From IMG/VR virus record IMGVR_UViG_3300031695_000001: DNA of 64,000 nt; one strand, given 5' to 3'. This DNA is from a virus. The translations under genes and the position numbers were made by a program. Below the pieces are notes generated by a model, which saw only the letters and a program-made list of their open reading frames with translations, was not told the origin of the DNA and made no database searches. Positions 27,117 to 36,151 of the stretch are shown here, one piece after another. How positions within the stretch are numbered: the stretch's first letter is position 1; every line of letters begins with the position of its first letter.

Positions 27117-27617
27117 TTATTTATCAAAGTTATGAATCACAGTGATTGGCTTACCTGCCGGGGGCGCCGATGAAAATCTAATATACCAACCTGCGGCTTT
27201 CCCAGCTGGGTTTTGAATTAGTGAATAGTTTGTTCCTGAAATTTGAAATACTGACTCAACTAACACTAGCACGTTTTGTGCGGCAGTCGGAACAGGACTA
27301 TCAATATCTCCATTAGCTAACGGACCAAAGTCTAGTTCACTTGCATCGCCTACGCCTAAATTCTGTTGTACAATATTTACAGGTTCTTGTCTTTTTAATC
27401 TTGCCCAAGTACCGTCTGCATAGGATTCATGGGCTTCGGTTTCTGTATTATATCTAATCATTCCATTAGCTGGAAATAGCGGTCGACTTGCAGTATTGCC
27501 CATTGGTACAACTACTGCTTGTTCACCACCTAGTTGAACAACTTGATTGATATCATACCTAATACCTTTAGCTTTGATATTTCGTACGCTAGTACTTTGT
27601 GCTTTGATTAATCTCAT
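27117..27617 (-). CDS. Virion/fibre-associated protein
   Basis: VPMGNTASRP...GMIRYNT motif shared with the giant fibres; VLVLVESVFQI...Y...F..APP C-terminal module. Confidence 0.5.
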   Translation of the reverse strand: MRLIKAQSTSVRNIKAKGIRYDINQVVQLGGEQAVVVPMGNTASRPLFPANGMIRYNTETEAHESYADGTWARLKRQEPVNIVQQNLGVGDASELDFGPLANGDIDSPVPTAAQNVLVLVESVFQISGTNYSLIQNPAGKAAGWYIRFSSAPPAGKPITVIHNFDK

Positions 27618-27620
27618 TTT

Positions 27621-27959
27621 TTACACTTCCAAGAAGCTTACTGTTGCGCTTAAATTAGTAGGTGATTGTGATATACATACAATCTTGTCACCTGCATCTA
27701 ATACAATTTTTTCACTATCAAACGTAAACGTTTCGCCTGCTGGTAATGTAAGATCGTTAATAACCATATTAACAGCGCCTTTAGCCGCGCCACTTGCTAT
27801 AAAGTGCATGTCAAACATTGTTTCACCATGCTCTAAGTGTAGCGGGTTAGTTGCGTCAGTGTTACATACCATTATTGTTAGCACTGCATATTGTTTTCCT
27901 GCTGGAACTAACAATATGTTTGTGTCTGTACTTGCTATTAGTGTGCTTGCTATTGCCAT
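27621..27959 (-). CDS. ~110-aa fibre partner protein, copy 3
   Basis: AVLTIMVCN...VINDLTLPAGETF...EKIVLDAGDKI...ATVSFLEV. Confidence 0.5.
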   Translation of the reverse strand: MAIASTLIASTDTNILLVPAGKQYAVLTIMVCNTDATNPLHLEHGETMFDMHFIASGAAKGAVNMVINDLTLPAGETFTFDSEKIVLDAGDKIVCISQSPTNLSATVSFLEV

Positions 27960-27971
27960 TATGTTTCCTTT

Positions 27972-28931
27972 TTAAAACAACATGCTCAACAAAAGAGCAT
28001 TCTGTCTACTTATTATTTCGCCTGATTTTGAAGCACTGTGTTTGAAAAACAATCCAGTACCTCCTGCCGCAGGTGCTTTTACGTATACTTTAAGTCCGTC
28101 AAGTGGACTAGCTGGATCTGATCCTTGCAGTGTTAATGTAAAGTTGTCGTTAACTATAACTCCACCAGTTCCTTGTGATTCTAAAATTAAATCAGTATCT
28201 GACGCAGTAGTTGATAAAATATTATCTTGGAATCTAAAATCTTCAAATTCAACTCTGTTTCCAAAAATTTGTCCCTTGTTAGTATTATCTATCTGGAAGC
28301 TAACTACACTAGGTGCACCACTTACTTCTGTATCTCTAACTTCTACAAACGACTTACTTGCCGAGCCTTCCTCAATTCTTCTTTGAAAAGTACTTGTAAG
28401 TTGTGTTACAATAGTATCATCGACATATTTCTTGTTTGGAATATCATCGTCGTCGGTAATTTGTGTTTCGTAGTTGTTTGTACCAGTAACACTAATAACA
28501 CCTGTGCCGGAGTTAATAAGATATAAATCTCCTCCGCCTGTTGATACACTATTAATACGCAAGCCTTGTAGTGTACCTGACGCATTAACTAATGTAAAGC
28601 CGCCAGTTATAGTTGTAGCACTAATTGGATCAGCCCAAGTAATAGTTTCATCAAACACAATCTTTGCATCAGAGTAACTACCCCTGTCTATCTGTATTCC
28701 TGATTGATTAAGTGTAATACCTGTACCTGATTCACCATCATTAAGTGTAATAATATTATCTTTTAAGTTCAGATCACTTGAACTAACTTGTGTGGTTCCT
28801 CCTAAGACTACTAAGTTTCCTGTGACAGTTGTAATACCAGAGTTTAAGCCAGTGTCTAGTGTAATGTTACCACCAGATTGTACTTTAACTTTATAGTCAC
28901 TATTTGGAAGAGCTAAAATTTTAGAAGACAT
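27972..28931 (-). CDS. Fibre-related virion protein
   Basis: GNLVVLGGTT...DNIITLN...GIQIDRG, PNKKYVD and one copy of the DNILSTT..D.DLIL...GTG repeat. Confidence 0.55.
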   Translation of the reverse strand: MSSKILALPNSDYKVKVQSGGNITLDTGLNSGITTVTGNLVVLGGTTQVSSSDLNLKDNIITLNDGESGTGITLNQSGIQIDRGSYSDAKIVFDETITWADPISATTITGGFTLVNASGTLQGLRINSVSTGGGDLYLINSGTGVISVTGTNNYETQITDDDDIPNKKYVDDTIVTQLTSTFQRRIEEGSASKSFVEVRDTEVSGAPSVVSFQIDNTNKGQIFGNRVEFEDFRFQDNILSTTASDTDLILESQGTGGVIVNDNFTLTLQGSDPASPLDGLKVYVKAPAAGGTGLFFKHSASKSGEIISRQNALLLSMLF

Positions 28932-28953
28932 ATATAATTCCTATTGCAGATAT

Positions 28954-28975
28954 ATGGGGGAAGTTACTCCCCCAT
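28954..28975. terminator. Intergenic stem-loop (terminator or mRNA stabiliser)
   Basis: ATGGGGGA-N6-TCCCCCAT; T-run only on the plus side, so weak as a minus-strand terminator. Confidence 0.45.
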
Positions 28976-28982
28976 TTTACTT

Positions 28983-29387
28983 TTACGATGTTATCGGTGT
29001 AACTCTCATAACTGATGTAGTTGAGTCGTTTTCAATAACCCAAGTATGTCGGTTGTTTGAATAGTCTCTAACTGATCTGTTGTAAAGTTTAGCAATTCTA
29101 ATTGTACCGCCTGCCGCATCTTGTGAGTTGATTGACATTTCATTAGCGCCTAAAGCACCGTCTACTTTGTCAACTAGTGTACAAATGCCTACATTACCTG
29201 TACCTGTGCCTCCGACTGAAGTTTTAGTACCGGTTTTTAAATCGTTAACTAAAAACTTGTTTACTGATCGTTGTGCAATAATAAATCCTACTGCTGATTC
29301 TCCATTACCAGCTACTTGACAGTTAATAGTAATGTTTGTACCATCGGCTAAAGCGCCAAAGTATCTTTTGTTTAGTGGACGTCCCAT
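28983..29387 (-). CDS. Late protein downstream of the major capsid gene (possible head decoration)
   Basis: 134 aa, strong AGGAG RBS, own late promoter; function inferred from position only. Confidence 0.4.
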   Translation of the reverse strand: MGRPLNKRYFGALADGTNITINCQVAGNGESAVGFIIAQRSVNKFLVNDLKTGTKTSVGGTGTGNVGICTLVDKVDGALGANEMSINSQDAAGGTIRIAKLYNRSVRDYSNNRHTWVIENDSTTSVMRVTPITS

Positions 29388-29485
29388 TTTTTTCTCCTAA
29401 TAAGTTACGTTCTAAGTAATACGCAGTGGGTCAGTTCTGCATAAGTCTATATAGTATAGCACGATTTGTGACACAAGTATTTATC
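29388..29485 (-). promoter_or_regulatory. Late promoter (GATAAATA, 29485-29478) with a ~90-nt structured leader
   Basis: UAUGCAG/CUGCGUA hairpin (29420-29443) and UUAC/GUAA hairpin (29405-29419) just 5' of the RBS. Confidence 0.45.
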
Positions 29486-29515
29486 ATTAAAAGAAGCTAA
29501 CGGAAATTAAGTCAT

Positions 29516-29545
29516 AAAAAAACAGAGCCCGTAGGCCCTGTTTTT
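29516..29545 (-). terminator. Intrinsic terminator after the major capsid gene
   Basis: Minus strand ACAGGGCC-UACG-GGCUCUGU followed by a U-run; UNCG tetraloop. Confidence 0.85.
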
Positions 29546-29561
29546 ATTTTTAAAGCAAAGT

Positions 29562-30734
29562 TTAGCTAAAGCTAACGTTTGCAGATGTTATAGCAACATT
29601 CGCTAAGTAATCAGCGGCATTACCCAATGAAGATGCTGTGTTTGATAACTCAACATATCCATAACGAGTCATAAAGCTCACTACTGGTTCGAATGTAGAT
29701 GGATCCATTACAACACCACTTGACATCAACGGGATGTATGGGCAGTAAAATGCTGGAGCATCTGATTCACTATTACCTTTGTAACCAACAAGCGCCATAG
29801 CGTTATCGGCTGCGTAAGTATCTACATATACACGCATTGCATTGTTCAATGTACCAACAAACTTAGTGTTTGTAGGTGCTTCAAACGTGCCTTCCGTAGT
29901 ACGTGCAAAAGCACTTGTAGTAGCAGACTGTAGGATTGTTAGTGCAAAAGGACTAACAACACAATAGTTACCTGCGCCACGACGTGTACGCTGAGCAATC
30001 AAGTTAGCCGCTCTGTTGATCTGAACTGCCAATGCGGCATGCTCGTCACCAACGAAAGTTGCTGTACCTGAAACGGCTTGTTGGTTGTACGTTTGTACAG
30101 CCGTGCCACTCAATGAACGCAATGAAGCAATAACTTCCTGGTCAATCTCAGCAGTAATCTCTTGTGCAAGAGCTGCCATGATTTCAGCTTCGACATCAAT
30201 GCCGTGCTGTGCTTGTGCATCCTGAGCTGATTCAAAAGTCCAACGAGCACTTAACTTACGTGTTTTCGCTTCAACTGTTTGCTTCAAGATCTGAATGCTA
30301 AGTTTGTTACCAGCAGTACCTTCTGCTAAACTTGTTCCTTTTGCTTTACCAGCATCGGAACCAGCTTCGTCACCTGAATAACCAACAGCAATTTTGAATG
30401 GGCTTAAAGCCTCTTCGCCACTTGTTGCATCATCAGCTGTATCACTGTAACGTACTCTTAATGTGTGGATTTGTCCCACAGGACCGGTCATCGGTTGTAC
30501 ACCAACTAGCTCATTTGCTATTACTGTTGGCATAACACGTCTGATAACTGGTAAAATAACTCTGTTAAGAGTTGCGACATTACCGGCAGTAGTCGAACCA
30601 GCGGCTGATGTTTCAGACAAATACTTGCGAGTATTTTCTAAAGTTGCTGACATTACAGATTTTTTAGTTCCTGAAAGGCCTTCCATCAATGCTGTTTTCG
30701 TCTCTTGCCAGCGACTTTCTAGTAATTCTGACAT
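29562..30734 (-). CDS. g23: Major capsid protein (T4 gp23 family)
   Basis: VIRRVMP...ELVGVQPMTGPVGQIHTLR; VEAKTRKLSARWTFE.AQD...HGIDVEAE...EITAEIDQE; FYCPYIPL; FMTRYG. Confidence 0.97.
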   Translation of the reverse strand: MSELLESRWQETKTALMEGLSGTKKSVMSATLENTRKYLSETSAAGSTTAGNVATLNRVILPVIRRVMPTVIANELVGVQPMTGPVGQIHTLRVRYSDTADDATSGEEALSPFKIAVGYSGDEAGSDAGKAKGTSLAEGTAGNKLSIQILKQTVEAKTRKLSARWTFESAQDAQAQHGIDVEAEIMAALAQEITAEIDQEVIASLRSLSGTAVQTYNQQAVSGTATFVGDEHAALAVQINRAANLIAQRTRRGAGNYCVVSPFALTILQSATTSAFARTTEGTFEAPTNTKFVGTLNNAMRVYVDTYAADNAMALVGYKGNSESDAPAFYCPYIPLMSSGVVMDPSTFEPVVSFMTRYGYVELSNTASSLGNAADYLANVAITSANVSFS

Positions 30735-30746
30735 AATTATATCTCC

Positions 30747-31841
30747 TTAATTTAATCCAGCTAAACGACGAATATCGATGACATTCTCGTCTTGCTTTTG
30801 TCTACTAACGTTAGTTTCTTGTTTGTTGCCTGTTATTGCTTTGCCTTCTGTTAGGTTCGCCTTCTTCTTCGCTGGACTATTACCCTCAATAACTGTTGGT
30901 AAATACTTGTTAAACGCTGACTTTAATTTCAGTGTTTGAACAGATTCCAGTAAGTCTGTCATTATTTCACGCTGTGCTACACTTAACGGTGCAACCAATT
31001 CGTTCATAACTTTTGCTCGTTGTACTGACTCATTAATCATTTTAATTTCAACAGTCTTTGCTTCTGCAAGTACTGTAGTCTTATCAACGATAGTCTTCGC
31101 TTCTGATAGTTGACGATTTTTAGTATCGATAACTTTCATTAACTTTGCTGTTTCACTCTTCTCATTCAAGTAGCTTCCTGCATACTCGGATGCGAATGAT
31201 TCAAACAGCTTACGACCGAAGTCATTCTGTCTTGCAATTTCAATATCTTCTTTAAGTGTAGTAATTTCTTTATTCAAGTTCTTACTTACTGTTTCAGATA
31301 CTAATTTTGCACTCTTTTCAATAAAGTTAGCTTTAACTTTCTTGAAGTGTGTCTTAGCTTCACGTACTAAACGTACTTTCGTTTCAGCTAGGTCTTGTTT
31401 ATCCTCGTAAAATTCGTGGATTTCTTTAGCAAGAGCGTCTACAATAAAACTTTCTAACTGTCCAAACTTGTTAGACATAGTTTTTTGTTCTTCGTGTAGT
31501 TCAGATACTTCTTTTCCTAACTGTTGCACTACAAAACCTTTTAATAGGTCTGCGTTTTCACGCATTGCTACACCGTATTTTGCTTTAGCTTCAGCTAGTT
31601 GTTTGCGGTCATCTGCAAACTCAGAAATTTCTGCTTGAAGTCGCTCACTAAGCATCGAATCAATGGACTCAACCATTTGACCCTTGTCATGCTCATATTT
31701 TTTAGCAAATTCTTCACGAAGTTCAGCAGTTACCTGCATCTTGTTCGCTTTAATTTTGCCTTCCCAAGCTTCTTCAATTTGCGCTCTGATATCTTCAGAA
31801 ACGACATCGTTTTCAAAGAGTGTTTTCAGTGCATCTATCAT
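30747..31841 (-). CDS. g22: Prohead core scaffold (gp22-like); start moved to ATG 31841
   Basis: Coiled-coil-like E/K-rich ORF between g21 and g23 with a KLFESF motif; CAGGAG RBS precedes the ATG at 31841, not 31859. Confidence 0.8.
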   Translation of the reverse strand: MIDALKTLFENDVVSEDIRAQIEEAWEGKIKANKMQVTAELREEFAKKYEHDKGQMVESIDSMLSERLQAEISEFADDRKQLAEAKAKYGVAMRENADLLKGFVVQQLGKEVSELHEEQKTMSNKFGQLESFIVDALAKEIHEFYEDKQDLAETKVRLVREAKTHFKKVKANFIEKSAKLVSETVSKNLNKEITTLKEDIEIARQNDFGRKLFESFASEYAGSYLNEKSETAKLMKVIDTKNRQLSEAKTIVDKTTVLAEAKTVEIKMINESVQRAKVMNELVAPLSVAQREIMTDLLESVQTLKLKSAFNKYLPTVIEGNSPAKKKANLTEGKAITGNKQETNVSRQKQDENVIDIRRLAGLN

Positions 31842-31855
31842 ACTATTCTCCTGTT

Positions 31856-32473
31856 TCATTGGAGTTTGCTAATAATATTTATTAGCGATTCCTTAAGATA
31901 CTTTTGTGCCTTTGGGTCGTGTCTTGTTGCCTGTGCCAATTCATATGCCTGGTGCCCGCCTCGAGCATTCATTAAGTGTTCGTAAATTGCTGTCGGATAT
32001 GCTCCTGGCGCACTTGGCTGTGCCACAACGTCCACTGTAATAATTTCAAAGTCCGATACATCACCGGAATCTGTAACTTCACCAGAGCCCCTAGATGAAA
32101 CACCTAGTTTAACACCTGCTTCTAACATAGTTTTAACTAAAGTGCCCATCGGGGTTGGTAATATCTTCAATTTACCATAACCGTTATTATCTTCCATCCA
32201 CATTTCTGTGATCATGTGCGATACACGGTCAAGGTTTATATTAAGGCCTTCTGGATGATCAACTTCGCCGAGAACACTATATCCCCCAGTAACTTGATCG
32301 TTAAGAGTTTTGACAGCCCTACCAATTTCATTAACGGGGTACACACGCTGGTTAGCGTTACGTACTCCGCCCTGTATGCAAATACCTTTCATAAAAAGAT
32401 CTTTGCCTTCGTTAGCAGATTCTACGACGATGTTCGCCTGTTGGAATGTCAAGTTCTCACTAAGTAGTTTCAT
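31856..32473 (-). CDS. g21: Prohead protease (gp21)
   Basis: GICIQG..RNANQRVYP, GEVDHP, LDRVSH, GVSSRGSG, DVVAQPSAP. Confidence 0.95.
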   Translation of the reverse strand: MKLLSENLTFQQANIVVESANEGKDLFMKGICIQGGVRNANQRVYPVNEIGRAVKTLNDQVTGGYSVLGEVDHPEGLNINLDRVSHMITEMWMEDNNGYGKLKILPTPMGTLVKTMLEAGVKLGVSSRGSGEVTDSGDVSDFEIITVDVVAQPSAPGAYPTAIYEHLMNARGGHQAYELAQATRHDPKAQKYLKESLINIISKLQ

Positions 32474-32483
32474 TCAAACTTCC

Positions 32484-33428
32484 TTATTTGCCAATGATCG
32501 ATTTTTTATCACTAGCTGTTTCGCCTGCGCCTTTTTTCTCAGCACCGTGGCCTTTTGACATAGCTTTCATACCTGTTTTTCCGACTTTAGCACCCGGAAC
32601 GTTTATGTTGCCCATGTTGTCCTCTTTAGGAGTTGGGTCAGCTAAGCCGCCTTTAGTTCCTTCAGAATTGGATTCGCCACCTTGGTTTAAATTACCTGAT
32701 GTGCCGTCGCCCATTTTGTTAGCACTTGCTGTTGGGGATTTAGTGTTTGCACCGTTGTCGCCCATTGTAGCATTTACTTTTTCAACATATTCACGCATGG
32801 TTTCTGCTTCTGATTTATCAGCTTCTTCGACTTCTTCATCAGTTGCTTCGTCTACGTCAAGATCAAAACTCTCTTCTTCAGGAGCTTCTTCTTCGTCACC
32901 GTCGTCACCTTCGGCATCGTCTTCTTCGCCTTCTTCGTCATCATCGGAATCCATATCGGAACCCATTTCTGCATCAAAAGCCGCTTTTAACTTTTCAATT
33001 TCGTCTTGCAAGTCTGCAATGTCGTCTGCCATGTCGCCTTCTTCAGCATCATCAGCATCCATATCAGCATCAGCATCAGGCATTTCTAAGTCGCGCATCA
33101 TGTCTGCTGATTGATCCATATCCATTGGATCTGCTTCTACTTCAAATTCATCTAGATCAAAGTTTTCTTCTAACTCTTCATCTGACTCTTCTACTTCTTC
33201 ATCTGACTCTTCTACTTCTTCGTCACTAGATTCATCAACTTCTTCATCAGTTGCTTCATCTACTTCTTCGTCGGTTGTTTCGTCAACTTCAAGATCATCT
33301 TCTAAAAGATTCTCATAAATACTTCTGGATTTTTCTACAACTATTTCGTGAAATAGTGCTTCCGCTCCAGCGCGGTCTTCGTTAACTAATTTTTCGAGCA
33401 TTTCCTCGAATTTATTACGTTCGCTCAT
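32484..33428 (-). CDS. Highly acidic prohead core protein
   Basis: D/E-rich with repeated VDE/VEE units; sits between portal and protease like the T4 core genes 67/68; late promoter AGTAAATA at 33488-33481. Confidence 0.55.
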   Translation of the reverse strand: MSERNKFEEMLEKLVNEDRAGAEALFHEIVVEKSRSIYENLLEDDLEVDETTDEEVDEATDEEVDESSDEEVEESDEEVEESDEELEENFDLDEFEVEADPMDMDQSADMMRDLEMPDADADMDADDAEEGDMADDIADLQDEIEKLKAAFDAEMGSDMDSDDDEEGEEDDAEGDDGDEEEAPEEESFDLDVDEATDEEVEEADKSEAETMREYVEKVNATMGDNGANTKSPTASANKMGDGTSGNLNQGGESNSEGTKGGLADPTPKEDNMGNINVPGAKVGKTGMKAMSKGHGAEKKGAGETASDKKSIIGK

Positions 33429-33528
33429 TTTGTTCTCTCCTAAATGAAATATGTTTTACCTACGGTGAGGCTGTCTAATGTATTTACTCATTGTGTTAAA
33501 TATGGGTGTATTATAGGCTCAAAATGGT

Positions 33529-34137
33529 TCATTTTGAAATACACGTAGATATGTTAAACGATTTTGCAAATTCTTCTACAGTAATGTGTGTCAAGTTACT
33601 AAAATTCTCAAATGGTTCTGGAATAAATGAATCCTTTTCTTCTAACACTCTTATATATCTCTTTTCCGGAGATTTCTGCATTACATTGCACGTTTGACGT
33701 AACCAATTGCCAAAATACGTTGCACCGTCCTCTGATCTTTTATAATTTTGTGTACTCGAGTATATGTTATTAACTCTTTTCTCTTCAGGACCAATACCTT
33801 TATAGTCAAAACCCAAAATATATATAGTTTCATGTGCATGCGATGCGGCTAAATGCATCGCAGTTGGTCCACTACTCCAACCTAAACTAGGTTCAAAGTA
33901 ATTAAACCCTGTATACTGTTCAAATGACTTATTGTAATTTGTCCATACCTGGTGTTCATTTTGATATCTTGACATGTTTATTTCATTAACCATTTTAATG
34001 TCAACTGCAACAAGGTAGTCAGGTTGAAACTCTCTATACACTGCATTGCATGCATATATAGTTCCGTATTTTTTTAAAGGTTCTAAAGGTATAGTAGATC
34101 GGCTTGTGCCATTACCTAATACAAACGCTACGCTCAA
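33529..34137 (-). CDS. GT29/CstII/Maf(DUF115)-like nucleotide-sugar-binding protein
   Basis: AFVLGNGTS, IYACNAVY...PDYLVAVD, SSGPTA..LA, IYILGFD; TTG start. Confidence 0.55.
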   Translation of the reverse strand: MSVAFVLGNGTSRSTIPLEPLKKYGTIYACNAVYREFQPDYLVAVDIKMVNEINMSRYQNEHQVWTNYNKSFEQYTGFNYFEPSLGWSSGPTAMHLAASHAHETIYILGFDYKGIGPEEKRVNNIYSSTQNYKRSEDGATYFGNWLRQTCNVMQKSPEKRYIRVLEEKDSFIPEPFENFSNLTHITVEEFAKSFNISTCISK

Positions 34138-34140
34138 TTA

Positions 34141-34386
34141 TCATACTCCGCCCTCTGCATTCGAGGCTAGTCCATACATTTGTCTTACAAACAATAATTC
34201 TTTTGCTTGCTCTTCAGTATGTAGCTCTGCGGCTTTTCTTACACGGTTAATCTGGCGTAGTGTCAATTTAGTTTTACGTGTATCGTCTAAATCTACAGGA
34301 GAGTCATCAAGGTCAGCTTCGTAACGCTTGTCTTCGACTGGGTCAACAGTCTCTTTGTCAAAATAAAATAATTCACGTAGTATCAT
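34141..34386 (-). CDS. Small head-module protein (hypothetical)
   Basis: 81 aa directly downstream of portal; exact TATAAATA at 34399-34392, 5 nt before the ATG. Confidence 0.6.
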   Translation of the reverse strand: MILRELFYFDKETVDPVEDKRYEADLDDSPVDLDDTRKTKLTLRQINRVRKAAELHTEEQAKELLFVRQMYGLASNAEGGV

Positions 34387-34394
34387 AATAGTAT

Positions 34395-36134
34395 TTATAC
34401 AGTTACGCCAGTATTACCTGCGTCCCCTGCATCTCCTCCTGCTGTTGGATCAGCACCTGTATCCATAGCACCTTCAATTGGTGCTCCTTCTTCTGGTGCT
34501 TGGTCTTCCATACTGCCCATGTCGCCTGCTATTCCTGCGCCACTAATACCGGCAGTTCTCATTTCACCTTCGGCATCCGACGGAGCTGGATCTAAGTTCT
34601 CGTCATTTTCTTCTTTCCACATACGTTCATTCTCTGCTACTTCTTCAGCACTAAGTCCTAAGAAGCGTTGAAGCGCAAAACGATTAGAAATATAAGGTAT
34701 AGCACTCATTTGTGTGTATGTTGGTACACGAGCATTATCAATTTCACTTTGTCTATAGCTTGCAAAGTTTTGTGGAGGTTGGAAACGTAAATCAAACATT
34801 GCAGTGTCTACGTTTACGCCTTTTTCAAGTATATAACGTTTGAACTCTTGATTAAGTTCTTCAACTACTAAGTTTTGTAATCGTTCGCAGTATGTGTTGA
34901 AACGAAGTTCTTGAATGTATGCCGTGCCCACTCTGCCGTCATTATACTGTGCCGCACTATCGTCTGCTCCCGTTGGTAAGTAGCTACTAGGGATTCGTAA
35001 ACCACGTACGAGCTTATTAGTAAAATATCTAAGGTCATCAATTTCTCCAAGGTTAGTACCGCCAGGCAATGTTTCAACTTTTGATCCACGTCCTTCAGCA
35101 GTTTGTGGGAAGAAATAATCTTCGTTAATTGATAACGGATTATAACTACTATCAATTACATTAGTGCCGCCGCCAGTTGCACTAGGAATACGTCTCTGAT
35201 GTATTTCTGTTTTTACTCGCTCAACAAATTGCATTGCTAAGTGACTTGGCATATTACCTACGTCAACATAAAATACTCTTCTTTCCGGAGCACGTTGTAC
35301 ACGATAGATAATAATTGCATCTTCAAGTAATTCTTTTTGCTTGTATACTTTAAAAACTGTTTCTAACAAACTATTACCAAACGGATAGTTTTGATCTAGT
35401 CCTTCACTTAAACTTAAATGTATAACGTTTTCAGCGTTAACTGATAGTTCTCCATCTTCTGTAGTGTAACGGTTACCAGCACCTTGTGGTGCATTACCTA
35501 CCATGCCGCGCACTTGGCCGCCTTGTGTACCACCACCGCCATTAACATTTCCGCTTGTAACATGCGGAGTAGTTGCAACCATATCTCTAAAGTTTAAGTT
35601 AAAGTTTTTAATAACATATTGCTCAGGTGTTTTGCCTTCGCTTTCGTTAACAATGATACGTGTTACGTTTGCACTGTCTACGTGGAATAATTTTTTAGTT
35701 TCTGGATCTCTTACAAAAAACTGATCTCCATACTTAAACACATTGCGCAATATTCTAAACATACGTGTTTCAAATTTGTTTAACTTACACCATTGCTGTA
35801 AGTACTGCGCTATAATAGTAGTTTCAGTGTTTGTAGATTTCTTTTTAAAGTCTATTGTAAAAGGAGTTCTGTTATTAGTATTTTGTTGCGAACAAAACTC
35901 TGCTAGAATATCAAGTGCCGCATTAACTTCTGAATCCATATCCATAGTGTTATACTGGCCGTAACGTTCAACTCTGTTAGGACTTCCTACATATACATCC
36001 GGTAAGTAAGAACTGTAATTAGTTCTTGCAGGCCCAGGAGTTCCGCCGTTATACTTTCCACCGCCTAACGGTGAATAGCTTCCTCCCATATTGTCGCCTG
36101 TTTGTACAGGTGTAAAATGCTTCTTCCAACTCAT
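34395..36134 (-). CDS. g20: Portal protein (gp20)
   Basis: LLEDAIIIYRVQRAPERRVFYVDVGNMP...EDYFFP..EGRGSKVETLPGG.NLGEIDD..YF..KL...LRIP. Confidence 0.97.
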   Translation of the reverse strand: MSWKKHFTPVQTGDNMGGSYSPLGGGKYNGGTPGPARTNYSSYLPDVYVGSPNRVERYGQYNTMDMDSEVNAALDILAEFCSQQNTNNRTPFTIDFKKKSTNTETTIIAQYLQQWCKLNKFETRMFRILRNVFKYGDQFFVRDPETKKLFHVDSANVTRIIVNESEGKTPEQYVIKNFNLNFRDMVATTPHVTSGNVNGGGGTQGGQVRGMVGNAPQGAGNRYTTEDGELSVNAENVIHLSLSEGLDQNYPFGNSLLETVFKVYKQKELLEDAIIIYRVQRAPERRVFYVDVGNMPSHLAMQFVERVKTEIHQRRIPSATGGGTNVIDSSYNPLSINEDYFFPQTAEGRGSKVETLPGGTNLGEIDDLRYFTNKLVRGLRIPSSYLPTGADDSAAQYNDGRVGTAYIQELRFNTYCERLQNLVVEELNQEFKRYILEKGVNVDTAMFDLRFQPPQNFASYRQSEIDNARVPTYTQMSAIPYISNRFALQRFLGLSAEEVAENERMWKEENDENLDPAPSDAEGEMRTAGISGAGIAGDMGSMEDQAPEEGAPIEGAMDTGADPTAGGDAGDAGNTGVTV

Positions 36135-36151
36135 GTTGTTTCCTAATTAAT

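Noticed and set aside
33510-33538. Possible sigma70 promoter TTCAAA-N17-TATAAT on the minus strand with a TCAAAATG/CATTTTGA inverted repeat
   Set aside because: The -35 is weak and a late box (33488-33481) already explains the downstream gene; insufficient support.
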